Below, one piece after another: positions 63,260 to 64,000 of a DNA stretch of 64,000 bases. Position numbers and translations under genes: made by a program. Source of the stretch: Camelus dromedarius (Eukaryota); assembly GCF_036321535.1 (NCBI RefSeq), contig NC_087437.1, positions 105,836,001 to 105,900,000 on the forward strand. Reading direction: 5' to 3'. The number at the start of each line of letters is the position of its first letter. Positions within the stretch are counted from its first letter, which is position 1. Under the pieces are notes generated by a model. It saw nothing but the letters and a program-made list of their open reading frames with translations, was not told the origin of the DNA and searched no databases.

Positions 63260-63724
63260 TGTTGCCAAAAAACCAACCTCTGTACCCCAATAGCCAAATT
63301 GACAGTCAGAGGCAGAGTTCTGAGAGAATTAGGAAAGAGCAGCTTTATTGCCTTGCCAGGCAAAGGGAGTCAGAGCCGGCTCATGCCTTAAAGACTGAGC
63401 CCATCTTGGGGCTGGGATCTTGAGGTTTTATAGAAAAACCAGAGGGAACAGAAAAGGTGATAACAATCAGGGCATTTTACAGGGTGTTACATTCTCTTCA
63501 TCTTGATAAGAACTTGCTGTTGTTATGGGGGAATTGAGAAGGGTCTACCTGTTTTTCTTGAGGTTCAATCCATGACTTTCTTTCAAGACTTCCAGTGTAA
63601 AAGGATAAGTTATTCTAAGAAAAGAGAGCACAGGGAGGGGATTGTGTTAGTCATAAGATCAGTTTACCTAAAATTACAGGCTGGAACAACTCAGGAACAA
63701 TCTTGTCAATTTTCTACTCTTTCA
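63260..63724 (-). mobile_element. ERV1-type solo LTR
   Basis: TGTTGCCAAAAAACC...CTACTCTTTCA termini, GCTTTATTG polyA signal, TTTTATA TATA box, TSD AAAT (63256-63259, 63725-63728). Confidence 0.85.
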
Positions 63725-64000
63725 AAATTACATTTCATTTCTATCTCTCAAGTCAAGTTTTGAATTTCTTTCTGAAGTTTACCTGGTGTTGAGCATTCAT
63801 CATATTTTCATAGAACAGCATCCACAGTCTTTTATGGTGATTCAAAGTGACTATTAAAAAACCACCTGTGTATTGACTCTGTTTAATATTAAACCAATAT
63901 TAAAGGCATATTTAGGGAATTCATCGATTTCCAGTTGAAGTATGTCTAGAGAATATGAAACATTTTCTTTCCCCTACTTCTCAGAATTGAATGCTACAGG

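Noticed and set aside
1..64000. CRISPR arrays, operons, rRNA/snRNA genes, CpG-island promoter, processed pseudogene
   Set aside because: None seen: no regularly spaced repeats with spacers, no recognisable RNA gene, and no CpG-dense island or mRNA-like polyA/TSD unit.

Overview
This is AT-rich mammalian genomic DNA, most likely camelid (alpaca/llama/camel). Two tRNA-derived SINEs with the Vic-1 structure and three short lineage-type L1 3' ends support that assignment. I recognise no protein-coding gene, RNA gene, CpG-island promoter or prokaryotic system. All listed ORFs are short (116 aa or less) and many fall in repeats, so the window reads as a large intron or intergenic region. It holds ancient repeats (MIR, L2, L1M, hAT-Charlie, MER21, MLT1), five ERV1-type solo LTRs with 4-bp target-site duplications, microsatellites and small tandem duplications. 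The most notable non-repeat signals are transcription-factor motif clusters (about 4.2-4.4, 6.6-6.85, 22.1, 46.4-46.5 and 51.3-51.4 kb), a perfect 23-bp palindrome, and a few candidate exons defined only by splice sites. All of these are hypotheses. Repeat family names come from recalled consensus sequences, and boundaries without a TSD are approximate. I found no convincing undescribed biological system.
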